Origin: Myxococcota bacterium
GTDB taxonomy: Bacteria; Myxococcota_A; SURF-8; G963663525
NCBI GenBank assembly: GCA_963676915.2
Contig: CAXXVK010000062.1
Coordinates: 1 to 64,000 of the forward strand
DNA length: 64,000 bases
Direction of reading: 5' to 3'
Under the pieces are notes generated by a model. The model made no database searches. It was not told the origin of the DNA and saw only the letters and a program-made list of their open reading frames with translations. Shown in pieces: positions 1 to 9,738 of the stretch. The position numbers were made by a program, and so were the translations under genes. The first letter of the stretch is position 1. The number at the start of each line of letters is the position of its first letter.

Positions 1-810
1 GTAGACGAGATCGAGGCCGACCATGACCCTGCAATCGAGAACGAGGGCATCTTCGATTTCGATCGGGCCGATAATCCTTTTTCAGAGTGGTACATGGGTG
101 CATGTGCCCTACTGCACGGGTGACTTGCATTGGGGAGACTCCGATGTTTCCTATTCATCCGACATGGAGATTCACCATCGCGGCTTCATAAACGCAAGCG
201 CCGTGGTCGATTGGATCGCCGAGCATTTCAACGCCCCTGAAAAATTGTTTGTTACCGGTGAAAGCGCTGGAGCCTACGGCTCGGAACTGCATAGCATACG
301 TTTGATGACCGTTTTTCCCTATGCACAGGCTACCAATTTGGGTGATGCCGGTAGTGGGCGTTTTGACTCGCGACTTCTACTTGGAAACTCTGCCGCAATG
401 GGGTTTTGTCAAGCAAGTTGCAGATCTGCCTGGTTTCGGTGATCGGGATTACGAAGCAACGGATTACGGGGACTTTCGCATTGCGCTGGCCCGGTATTTT
501 ACAGGACGTGTATTCGCGCACATTACCACGTTGGAAGATGAAACCCAGGAAAGTTATTTTATGTTGACCGGCGGCAATCCACTTGACTGGCCCGAAGAAA
601 TGCTATCCCTGGTCACGCGAGTGTCTGAAAATACTGACAATTACAGATACTTTCTTCTGTCGGGTGAGAGGCATGGTACAATCTATGATAATAAATTATA
701 CACGGAGGAAATTGGAGGTACTCGTCTGCGCGATTGGGATTGCGGATCTAGCTCAGGGTCAAGCTGTGGAGAATGTTGAAGCCCAAGCAGTAACACCAAG
801 TGAGCAATAA
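1..810 (+). CDS. Pectinacetylesterase-family alpha/beta hydrolase, 5'-partial, frameshifted
   Basis: Frames join as GIFDFDRADNPF..., HVPYCTGDLHWG and GESAGAYG (nucleophile elbow), continuing in ORFs 321-779 and 583-810; about 3 single-base shifts. Confidence 0.75.
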
Positions 811-855
811 TGACTTTAGAGCAATCCTCCTCCAGTTTATCGTGAACCACCCGAC

Positions 856-3011
856 CTAAGATTTTTCCTCCCCGGATTTCATTTCAGGAAACAGGTAAAG
901 ATCCACCAACGTTCCTTCTTTTAGGAGCCGTTGACAGCGAAGGATGTCGTCTTGCAGGAAGCGGTCGTCTTCCAGGATGCGTAGACCGTTTTGCTCCAGT
1001 GCGGCAATCATGTTCTGGACCTTCGTTCCCGGCAGGAACGGACGACGAAAACTCAGTTGCTTGAAACGCCGCCAGAATCTCGATGGCGATTACGGTACGG
1101 ACGTTTTCGATAACCTGCACACATTTTCTCGCGGCGATGGTACCCATGCTGTTGTGGTCTTCCGTATTGGCCGAAGTGGGGATGGAATCCACGCTGGCGG
1201 GATGGCACAAACCTTTGTTTTCACTCACTAAAGCGGCAGCGGTATATTGAGGAATCATGAAGCCGGAATTCAGCCCCGTACTTTCGATCAAAAAGCCCGG
1301 TAGTCCGTTCGACATGTTTTTATCGACAAGGTGTGCGATACGTCGTTCGGAGATGTTACCCACCTCGGCGATCGACAGAGCGAGGTAGTCCATCATTTGC
1401 GCGACCGGTTCGCCATGAAAATTCCCGCCGCATTGCACGCCATCCAGGCAGGCGAGAATCCGCTCGGGGTCTTCGCGCAGCCACGCGGCATAGGTTTCGG
1501 ATTCCATCGCTTCCCATCCGCCGGGAGGTTCCGGGGGGAACAGCAGGGGATTGTCGGTGGCGGAGTTGATTTCGGCGCATAAAACCTTTGCTACCTGTTC
1601 GATGGCGTTATGGGCGCAGCCCAACACCTGGGGCAGACAACGGAACGAATAGTCGTCCTGAACGGGAGGGACGGCAGGAATGGCGGCTTCGAGATCCCGC
1701 AGGGCATCCGCCATGGAGGCGCGAGCCTTTTCCGCCGAGGGAAATGTGGTGCGCTGCATCTCGTGATATGTCAGCGTGATCCCGCGTCGGATCGGAGCGA
1801 TCAGGCGATTGAACAGGGCGATTTGTCCCCGAGCTTTTGCTCCGGCGGGTACCGTGTCGGCTGGCGTCGGACGGTTGAATGTCGAGATGTTTTTCCTTGG
1901 CTTGTGCCAAAAGAGTGCGAAGTTGCGGAATATGTTCCTCGATGATGCGTTCTCGTACCCTGCGGGGAAGGGCGGTAGCCTCTTCGCTTTCCACTTCACG
2001 CTCGCGCATCAGCATGCCCAGTTCGTCGGCACAATCGCTCAAACGTTGGATGGCGCGATTCAGGTAGGCTGAGTTGAGGATCAACCCGAGGATCTCGCTG
2101 TCTTCCGTGTAAATTCGCAGACGTTTGGCGACGTCGCCTTGATGGGGAACGGGGCGGACGCGATGAATTTCCGGGGCAAGCGCTCCCATGACTCCCAACC
2201 GTGATTCCAGCGACATCGCCCCCGCCAACTCGGCGGCCTGTACGAGGTGACAGGTATCCGCCAGAGCGAGTGCACCCAGAGCGGTCATGATCTGAGTGCC
2301 GTTGTTCAACGCCAGTCCTTCTTTGGGACCAAGATCGATACCCTGCCAATTCCAGCCGTGCTTTTCTCGAAGGTTTTCCAGTGCTTCGGGCATCTCGGGG
2401 AGGTGAATAAAATCCTCCTCGTTCGAGGTTTCAACAAAGCCCCGTTCGGGGCGTGGTTTGTCAGGATCGTAGATTTTTCCTGCGGGATCGCCAATCAGCA
2501 CGAGCGCCAGATGCGATAAGGGGGCAAGATCTCCGCTGGAACCGACTGAACCTTTGCTTGGAATGTAAGGATATATGTGGTCGTTGAGCAGATGCAGCAG
2601 GTTGTCGATGACCAATGGCCGGACCCCGGAATATCCTCCCGCAAGGGTGTTGGCGCGAAGCAATACGGCGGTGCGGGCGACATCCTCCGGCAAAGGGTGA
2701 CCGACGCCGCAGGCATGAGAACGTAGCAGATTTAATTGAAGTTGGGCGGCCTGTCGGGGAGGAATCGGGATGTCCCGCAGTTTGCCGAATCCAGTAGTAA
2801 GTCCATAGACCACGGCGTTTTGTTCGATCAGCAAATTAACCATTTCCCGGCAGCAGGCAACCCTTTTGCGGGCTGATTCCGCCAGTGTTACGGTGGCACC
2901 GTATCGCGCCACGGCCACCACCTGGTTGAAAGTCAGGTTGTGACCGTCGATTTCCACGCTGCGGATGGTTTCGGGATGTTTATCCAGCCAGAATTCGGAT
3001 GGCTTTGCCAT
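856..3011 (-). CDS. hutH: Histidine ammonia-lyase with insertions (frameshifted near 1890 and 1050)
   Basis: YGLTTGFG, NLLRSHACGVG, GSSGDLAPL (MIO), KEGLALNNG, QDDYSFRC, TDNPL, GGNFHG, SIPTSANTEDHNSMG. Removing one base of the A-run at ~1050 restores a C-terminus ending at TAG 856-858. Confidence 0.88.
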
Positions 3012-3222
3012 AGCAGACCCCTTTTCGTCTAGCCTTTTTCGGCAGGCATTTTTCGGGTGAGTTATAGCATGAAGCACGGAATCGTGGCACGATTTTCCTA
3101 ATAGATGCCGATTGTTGGGAATTGGCGAGAAGAAAACGAGCGGGTTACTTGATCCACAAGACGAGACAAGCTATAGAAACGGCAATGACTCGTGAAACCG
3201 TTTCTCGACGAAAGGAACGACC

Positions 3223-3537
3223 GTGCCTTCTTCTCCCTTGTTGACTTCCGCCCAGCGCAAATACCTGCGTGGATTGGCGCATGCCCTGAAGCCGATCGTT
3301 CAGATTGGTCAGAAAGGCGTGACAGAAAACTTGCTTGCAGCCATCGACGACGCCTTGACGGGTCACGAACTGATCAAGGTCAAGTTCACCGATTTCAAGG
3401 AGGACAAGGACGAACTGCTTCCGGAGATTCTTTCGGGAACCGGCGCAGCACTGGCCGGGGTGATCGGCCATGTGGCGATAATTTATCGTCCCCATCCCAA
3501 ACCGGAAAAACGCAAGATCCGCCTGCCTCGTTCGTGA
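3223..3537 (+). CDS. yhbY: YhbY/CRM-domain RNA-binding ribosome assembly protein
   Basis: LTSAQRKYLRGLAHALKPIVQIGQKGVT...HELIKVK...IGHVAIIYR. Confidence 0.92.
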   Translation: MPSSPLLTSAQRKYLRGLAHALKPIVQIGQKGVTENLLAAIDDALTGHELIKVKFTDFKEDKDELLPEILSGTGAALAGVIGHVAIIYRPHPKPEKRKIRLPRS

Positions 3538-3611
3538 TTCTGACTTGTTTTCGCCGGATTCGCCGTGTTAACGTGCCGGTATCACTGGAATCTCAGACCT
3601 ACGAGACGTGA

Positions 3612-4538
3612 ATGAAACCGGAACTTTTTCGAATTCCGCTGTTCGATGCCTGGGGGTGGCTGATCGGTCCGTGGCGCGTTGCGAGTTACGACGTACTGGC
3701 CTTGCTGGCCGCTGTTCTGGGTGTAGTGTGGATTATACTCGTAGGAAGAAAACGCGGTTTTCAGGCTGAACAATTATTGGATCTGCTTGTTCTTACCGGT
3801 ATTTTCGGCTTGCTTGGTTCTCGTTTATTGTTCGCACTGATGCAGGCCCCGGAATATTGGAATGCTTGCTTTCACCCCGAGTTGCCCAATATGCTGTATG
3901 GATATCGTCCTGTCGGTGAGTCGGATTGTCTGGCTTTTTTCACGTTTTGGCGGGGAGGGATGGCCTGGTACGGTGCTCCTTTGACGGCTACGTTGGTAGC
4001 TTGGATCTACACTCGCAGGAAAAAACTGGATTTTCTCGAATTTGCCGATATCGGAGTTCCGGCGATTGCTTTAGGGCACGCTGTCAGCCGCCTGGGATGT
4101 TTGATGGCCGGATGCTGTTTCGGCGCACCGACCGAGATGGGCTGGGGATTGCGGTTTCCGTCCGGTTCTCAGGCGTACATGCATCATCTGCGACACGATT
4201 GGCTTCCTGGCGACGGGTGGACCATCCCGCTGCATCCTACCCAGTTGATCGAAAGCGCGGGAGAATTCGTGATTTTTCTCGTTTTGGTGCGACTTCTCCT
4301 GAAACGTCGTTTCAAAGGGCAGGTGTGGCTTACGTATTTCATCGCGTATTCATTGCTTCGGCTTGTAGCTGAAAGCTTCCGAGGAGCGCCGCTGGCCGGA
4401 TACCTCGTTACCTGGACGCAAACGTTTACGGTGGAGGGTCGAGTAATGCAGACGATTACCGGGTTATCCTGTATGCATTTGTTGTCTTTGGTTGTTTTGC
4501 TCTTCGCTGTATGGGGATACAGACGTCTGGGCTATTAA
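3612..4538 (+). CDS. lgt: Prolipoprotein diacylglyceryl transferase
   Basis: Multi-TM protein; GSRL, WRGGMAWYG, RLGCLMAGCCFG, HPTQLIE, Y..R...E.FRG motifs. Confidence 0.88.
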   Translation: MKPELFRIPLFDAWGWLIGPWRVASYDVLALLAAVLGVVWIILVGRKRGFQAEQLLDLLVLTGIFGLLGSRLLFALMQAPEYWNACFHPELPNMLYGYRPVGESDCLAFFTFWRGGMAWYGAPLTATLVAWIYTRRKKLDFLEFADIGVPAIALGHAVSRLGCLMAGCCFGAPTEMGWGLRFPSGSQAYMHHLRHDWLPGDGWTIPLHPTQLIESAGEFVIFLVLVRLLLKRRFKGQVWLTYFIAYSLLRLVAESFRGAPLAGYLVTWTQTFTVEGRVMQTITGLSCMHLLSLVVLLFAVWGYRRLGY

Positions 4539-4580
4539 TCCGGGAACTGTCGTTCCTCGATTCCTTGAAATTTCGAAACG

Positions 4581-5891
4581 TTACGGTTCTTTGAGAGAAG
4601 GGGAGGGCACGTTCTCGACATCCTTGAGCTTTCGCTCGATGGCGCGCTTGCGTGTGTCCACCTGATCGATGCTTTGCACAGCTTCTCCCAGCTTTTTGCG
4701 GATTTTATCCAAAGTCGTTCCGAAACGCTGAAACTCGGATTTCACTTCCGCCAGCAATTCCCACACCTCGACAGAACGTTCTTGCAACGCCAGCGTTCGA
4801 AATCCCATTTGCAAGGCATTGAGCAGTGCTGCAAGTGTGGACGGTCCGGCGATCACTACCCGAAATTCTTGCTGGATCGCTTCGGCGAGATCCGGGATGC
4901 GCAGAACTTCGGCGTATAATCCCTCTGTGGGTAGATACATTATGGCAAAATCCGTGGTATGCGGCGGGAATACGTATTTCTGGCGAATATCTTTGGCATT
5001 GGCTTTCACACGCGATACCAACACGTTTCTTGCTTTTTCCACCGCGACCGCTTCTCCCTGTTCCGCTGCATCGGCTAGTTGAGCGTAGGCGTCCAGAGGG
5101 AATTTGGCGTCGATAGGTAACCATACGGGCCGGTTGTCACCCGTTTCTCCCGGAAGTTTGATGGCATATTCCACACGAAGGTTGCGGTCCGGGCGCACGG
5201 CGACATTCGAAGCATACTGACTGGGAACCAGTAATTGTTCCAGCAGATTCCCAAGCTGGATTTCTCCCCAGACGCCTCGGGTTTTTACATTGGCGAGTAC
5301 CCGTTGCAGTTGGTCCACACCTTTGGATAGCCGTTTCATTTCTCCCAGACCGTGATGTAGTCTTTCCAACTGCTGGCTGACGGTCTGAAAACTTTCCCCA
5401 AGGCGCTTTTCCAATGTGCCTTTCAACGTGTCATCCACACTGTGCCGGATCTCGGTGAGTTGACGTCGGCTTTCATCGCGCCATTGGGCTATCGTTTGAT
5501 TCACCGATGCGCGGAATGCTTCCATTTTTTCGTTTTCACCTCGACGGTCGGCTTGCAAACGCTGGCCGAACTGATCGAGCCATTCACGGGAAAGGTTCGA
5601 CTGCTCCGACAACTGGCGTAGAATCGATTCCCCGTTGGATTTGGTCGTAGCGGAGATTTCCAACCGAAGTTGCTGGGAAAGCGCCGAGGATTCGATGCGC
5701 TGGGAGGTCAGTTCTTCGCGGAGAATTTGTGTCAGTTTTTCGTGATTTCGTTCGAGAGTGTGCAACTGTTCCGAAAGTTGCTCTACGCGATGTTTTGACC
5801 CGCGATGAAGCAACAAGGCAAACAATCCCAAAAGGAGAAAAAGTCCTCCGAGGACTGCAAAAGGCAGAAGAAATGGTAGATTCGCCTGCAT
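4581..5891 (-). CDS. rmuC: DNA recombination protein RmuC
   Basis: N-terminal TM, coiled coil, NVKTRGVWGEIQL, IDAKFP, TTDFAIMYLPTEGLYAEV. Confidence 0.93.
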   Translation of the reverse strand: MQANLPFLLPFAVLGGLFLLLGLFALLLHRGSKHRVEQLSEQLHTLERNHEKLTQILREELTSQRIESSALSQQLRLEISATTKSNGESILRQLSEQSNLSREWLDQFGQRLQADRRGENEKMEAFRASVNQTIAQWRDESRRQLTEIRHSVDDTLKGTLEKRLGESFQTVSQQLERLHHGLGEMKRLSKGVDQLQRVLANVKTRGVWGEIQLGNLLEQLLVPSQYASNVAVRPDRNLRVEYAIKLPGETGDNRPVWLPIDAKFPLDAYAQLADAAEQGEAVAVEKARNVLVSRVKANAKDIRQKYVFPPHTTDFAIMYLPTEGLYAEVLRIPDLAEAIQQEFRVVIAGPSTLAALLNALQMGFRTLALQERSVEVWELLAEVKSEFQRFGTTLDKIRKKLGEAVQSIDQVDTRKRAIERKLKDVENVPSPSLKEP

Positions 5892-6089
5892 TCAAACCTT
5901 CCCGACGATGATATTCGTATCACGATAAAATCTATTCAAACTATACGCAAAACCATCGGATAGAGCAAACGAAAGAGAAACGTTTCCTAGCGATTAAAAG
6001 GAAATAATCCAACGATAACAAGCTGTTTCACCCTTGAAAATGTTCTCAAAATGACGGGAAAAGAAAGAGAGTTTTACGAATTTTCAACA

Positions 6090-6134
6090 TGGCAGAGTCT
6101 GACACTTGACACGACTTGTCACGATTTGTATAGT
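6090..6134 (+). promoter_or_regulatory. Sigma70 promoter overlapped by two TGnCA-N5-TGnCA palindromes
   Basis: TTGACA (6106-6111)-17 nt-TATAGT (6129-6134); TGGCAGAGTCTGACA (6090-6104) and TGACACGACTTGTCA (6107-6121). Confidence 0.6.
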
Positions 6135-6408
6135 TTCTCAATAGACACAGGAAAAATATACCATAAAAGGTTGCCTTTTTGTGGTATTCTTGGTCGTCGT
6201 TATAAATCTTTGATTTACAAAATCATTTGATTGATTTTACATTTTAAGGACGATAATTTTTGATAGTGAAACATCGAAGGATTTCATAAACTGAACTCTG
6301 GAGATTGTTTTTCATTCTGGTACTATCAGACGGGCTGAAGATAGCCAAAAATCATCCGATCCTTAGTTGGGACTTCAATGAAGACAATTCTTCAGAAGGA
6401 GTGAGCTT

Positions 6409-7014
6409 TTGGCAACTCAATCCTTGCGCGAGCGTAAAAAGCAGAAAACTCATGAACGGTTGATCGAAATCGCAACCCGATTGTTTCTGGAAAAGGGGTT
6501 CGAAAACACGACGATCGACGAAATCGTCAAAGAGGCCGAATTGTCTCAAAGAACCTTTTTCCGCTATTTCCCGACCAAAGAATCCATCGTTTTCCGAGAG
6601 CATGACGAGCGGGAAAGGCAGATGCGGAAAAGTATAGAAAAACATTCGCATCTCGCTTCGCCTTTTGAAGCTTTCAAATTGGGACTGATGGAAATGGGTG
6701 ATGATTTCATGGAAAATCGCACCGACATGATGAGGGAATACACCATCGTGATGTCCTCCCGAATGCTGACCGCCTTGGATGTGGAACAAGATTTGAAGTT
6801 CCAGAGAATACTTGGAGAATACCTGCATCATTGGAACGGAAAAGTGTTTTTACCACGTCCCAAAGCCTATATTGTCGCCGGGGCGATTTTCGGGACGATT
6901 CGTGCCGTGATGGAAGAATGGTTCGAAAGCGACCTGGAATTGGATCTGGAAACCATGGGTGGTTATCTCTACCAAGTCGTTGACGTTTTGCAGGCAAGTT
7001 TCCAGCCTGAGTAA
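6409..7014 (+). CDS. TetR/AcrR family transcriptional regulator
   Basis: LRERKKQKT...LFLEKGFENTTIDEIVKEAELSQRTFFRYFPTKE HTH; AAGGAG RBS before a TTG start. Confidence 0.92.
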   Translation: MATQSLRERKKQKTHERLIEIATRLFLEKGFENTTIDEIVKEAELSQRTFFRYFPTKESIVFREHDERERQMRKSIEKHSHLASPFEAFKLGLMEMGDDFMENRTDMMREYTIVMSSRMLTALDVEQDLKFQRILGEYLHHWNGKVFLPRPKAYIVAGAIFGTIRAVMEEWFESDLELDLETMGGYLYQVVDVLQASFQPE

Positions 7015-7105
7015 GCAACTCCTCGCCATTGAAACGAAAAAACGAGAGAACAAAGCGATGTTGTTCTCTCGTTTTTTTTTGAAAACGCTCCATGGAGCGA
7101 AGCCG

Positions 7106-9214
7106 TCAGGATACTTTACCTCCGGGTTTCAATGGACCATCGAAGGTTGCGACGAGCACCGACGCATCGTCGCTTCCGGCGAGCACCATTCCTTCGGACA
7201 CACCGAAGCGCATTTTGCGTGGTTTGAGGTTGGCCACGACGATGACCGGCTTGCCGACGAGAACGCCCGGTTCTGGGTAATGTTTCTGGATTCCGGCGAA
7301 AATCTGCCGGGGACGTTCCTCCCCGATATCGACCATGAGGCGCAGCAGTTTCCGGGCTTCTTCCACCCGTTCGGCCTCTTTGACGATTCCAACCCGCAAA
7401 TCGAGTTTGACGAAATCGTCGAATTCGATTTCGGAAGGTGTATCTTCAGCAGCTTTTACCGCTTTTTTCTGGTTTTTGGCGGATTTGTCTTTTTTCGTCG
7501 CTTTGGGGGCGGGGGATTCTGTCTTTTTCGCGATTTTCGCCCACGAATCCCGTAACGACACGGTGCGATTGAAGACGGGTTTGCCGTCGGAGGAATCCAC
7601 CGTATCTACGCAGAAATAACCCAATCGCTCAAACTGTACTCTATCGCCAGGTTTGGCTTGAGCAAGGCTTGGTTCGAGCAGGGCGTTTTCAATGACCGTC
7701 AAAGAGTCTTCATTCAACGTTTCCTTGAAATCGGGATACGCCTTTTTATCCATCGGATTTTCCACCCGGAACAGCCGGTCGTACAAGCGGACTTCGGCAG
7801 GGAAGGCATGCTCCGCCGATACCCAGTGAAGCGTTCCCTTGACTTTGCGGCCATCGGGGGAGGTTCCCCCACGTGATTCTGGATCCCAGGTGCAGCGCAA
7901 CTCGATAACCTCGCCGTTGTCGTCTTTGATCACGTCCGTGCATTGGATCAGGCAGGCATAACGCAAGCGCACTTCTTTACCCGGAGCCAGACGGAACCAT
8001 TTTTTCGGAGCTTCCTCCATAAAATCGTCCCGCTCGATGTAGATTTCCCGACCAAACGGAATGGAGCGCGAGCCCATTTCCGGTTTCTGGGGATGGAAAG
8101 GAGCCTCGAACGTTTCGCTTTCCCCTTCCGGGTAGTTTTCGATAACCACCTTGAGAGGATTGAGCACGCCCATTACACGCGGAGCTTTCTCGTTGAGATC
8201 TTCGCGGATGCAGTGTTCCAGTAAAGCGACATCCACTACGCTGTCGTTTTTTGCCACGCCTATGCGGTCGGCGAAATTACGAACGGATTCGGGGGTATAG
8301 CCACGGCGACGCAGACCGGAAATCGTCGGCATTCGGGGATCGTTCCAGCCGGAGACATGCTTGTTTTCGACCAGTTCAAGCAGTTTGCGCTTGCTCATGA
8401 CCGTATAGTTCAAATTGAGTCGGGCGAATTCGTACTGATGCGGCGGTTCTTCGAATCCTGCTTTTTCGTTGAACCAGTCGTACAGAGGGCGGTGGTCCTG
8501 GAATTCCAGCGTGCAGATCGAATGGGTAATGCCTTCGAAGGCATCCGACAACCCGTGGGCAAAATCGTACATGGGATAAATACACCACGTATCGCCTGTG
8601 CGGTGATGCTCGGCATGCTTGATGCGGTACAACACCGGGTCGCGAAGGTTCATGTTCTGGGATTCCAGATCGACTTTCGCTCTCAGTACGTGCTCGCCGT
8701 CTTTGAATTCACCGTCTTTCATGCGGCGAAAGAGGTCGAGGTTCTCTTCTACCGACCGATCACGATAGGGACTAGGCTTGGCTTTTTTGTAGTAATTTCC
8801 ACGGTATTCACGGCTTTGTTCTTCGTTCAGGCTGCAAACGTAGGCCAAGCCGTCGCGAATCAGTTGCTCGGCGATTTCGTAAAGCTTTTCGAAGTAATCC
8901 GAGGCATAGCGCTTGTCGCCTTCCCATTGGAATCCCAGCCAGCGGATGTCTTCCTGAATCGAATCGACGTACTCGATATCCTCTTTGACGGGGTTTGTGT
9001 CGTCGAAGCGGAGGTTGCAGGTGCCGCCGTATTCCTTGGCAATGCCGAAATTGAGGCAGATCGACTTGGCGTGCCCGATGTGCAGGTATCCGTTGGGTTC
9101 CGGGGGAAAACGTGTGGCGACTTTTCCGCCGTGTTTGTTCTCCGCCAAATCGCGATTGATGATTTCTTTGATGAAATTGACCGGTTTTTCCGGTGTTTCC
9201 GTGTTTTTGGCCAT
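7106..9214 (-). CDS. glnS: Glutamine--tRNA ligase with C-terminal Trbp111/MetRS-type tRNA-binding OB domain
   Basis: [40 protein letters not shown]; tail [15 protein letters not shown]...[20 protein letters not shown]; ATG 9214 with AAAGGA RBS. Confidence 0.95.
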   Translation of the reverse strand: MAKNTETPEKPVNFIKEIINRDLAENKHGGKVATRFPPEPNGYLHIGHAKSICLNFGIAKEYGGTCNLRFDDTNPVKEDIEYVDSIQEDIRWLGFQWEGDKRYASDYFEKLYEIAEQLIRDGLAYVCSLNEEQSREYRGNYYKKAKPSPYRDRSVEENLDLFRRMKDGEFKDGEHVLRAKVDLESQNMNLRDPVLYRIKHAEHHRTGDTWCIYPMYDFAHGLSDAFEGITHSICTLEFQDHRPLYDWFNEKAGFEEPPHQYEFARLNLNYTVMSKRKLLELVENKHVSGWNDPRMPTISGLRRRGYTPESVRNFADRIGVAKNDSVVDVALLEHCIREDLNEKAPRVMGVLNPLKVVIENYPEGESETFEAPFHPQKPEMGSRSIPFGREIYIERDDFMEEAPKKWFRLAPGKEVRLRYACLIQCTDVIKDDNGEVIELRCTWDPESRGGTSPDGRKVKGTLHWVSAEHAFPAEVRLYDRLFRVENPMDKKAYPDFKETLNEDSLTVIENALLEPSLAQAKPGDRVQFERLGYFCVDTVDSSDGKPVFNRTVSLRDSWAKIAKKTESPAPKATKKDKSAKNQKKAVKAAEDTPSEIEFDDFVKLDLRVGIVKEAERVEEARKLLRLMVDIGEERPRQIFAGIQKHYPEPGVLVGKPVIVVANLKPRKMRFGVSEGMVLAGSDDASVLVATFDGPLKPGGKVS

Positions 9215-9363
9215 GAAAATTCCTTTTGTCGATCGAAATCCGCTATTGGAGATAACCAAAACAGGACTTCGAAAAGAGCAACGCACTTTAGCAACATCCG
9301 AAGCCCCTATCATACCCAAGCCGGGAAAGCAACGCAAAGGTTCTGTTGGACTCCTTGGGATTC

Positions 9364-9564
9364 GGGTGCATCACAAAATAGTGCGACTTTCGTAAAATCC
9401 TCTTTTTTCGTAGCGGCGAGGCGTAAGCCCGCCGTATTTGCTTTTGAAAGTTACTTTTACGCTCCCAATCTCCCTTTTCGGCGGGCTTACGCCTCGCCGC
9501 TACAACCAAATGAATGAATGCTTCAATATTATTGGGCCAATTCGCACCATTTTGTGATGCACCC
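9364..9564. mobile_element. MITE, 201 bp, 23-bp terminal inverted repeats, 9-bp target-site duplication
   Basis: GGGTGCATCACAAAATAGTGCGA (9364-9386) and TCGCACCATTTTGTGATGCACCC (9542-9564), 22/23 match; flanked by TTGGGATTC at 9355-9363 and 9565-9573; no transposase. Confidence 0.85.
9410..9503. repeat. GTAG-type REP doublet (REPIN-like) inside the MITE
   Basis: GTAGCGGCGAGGCGTAAGCCCGCCG (9410-9434) and its perfect reverse complement (9479-9503); each arm is GTAG plus a bulged hairpin. Confidence 0.8.
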
Positions 9565-9738
9565 TTGGGATTCTGGATCGCTTTTATGTCTTTGAAAAAA
9601 GTGTTCCCTCTTGGCGTTGGTTTAGGTATTATCTCAAAATATAGAGATGATGTGACGAAGGAATATTTTTATATTTAGAGAGAGCGGTAAGCAAGGCTTG
9701 CGTGCGGCTTGGTTTATCGTCTTGGGGCAGGGGGCATT

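Noticed and set aside
845-860. CCACCCGACCTAA, resembling the end of the 56752 REP
   Set aside because: Only a short partial match overlapping the hutH stop, with no partner arm
3085-3102. Sigma54-like TGGCACGATTTTCC upstream of yhbY
   Set aside because: The invariant -12 GC is CC
8357-9517. 386-aa plus-strand ORF
   Set aside because: Antisense shadow of glnS running into the MITE; no recognisable motifs
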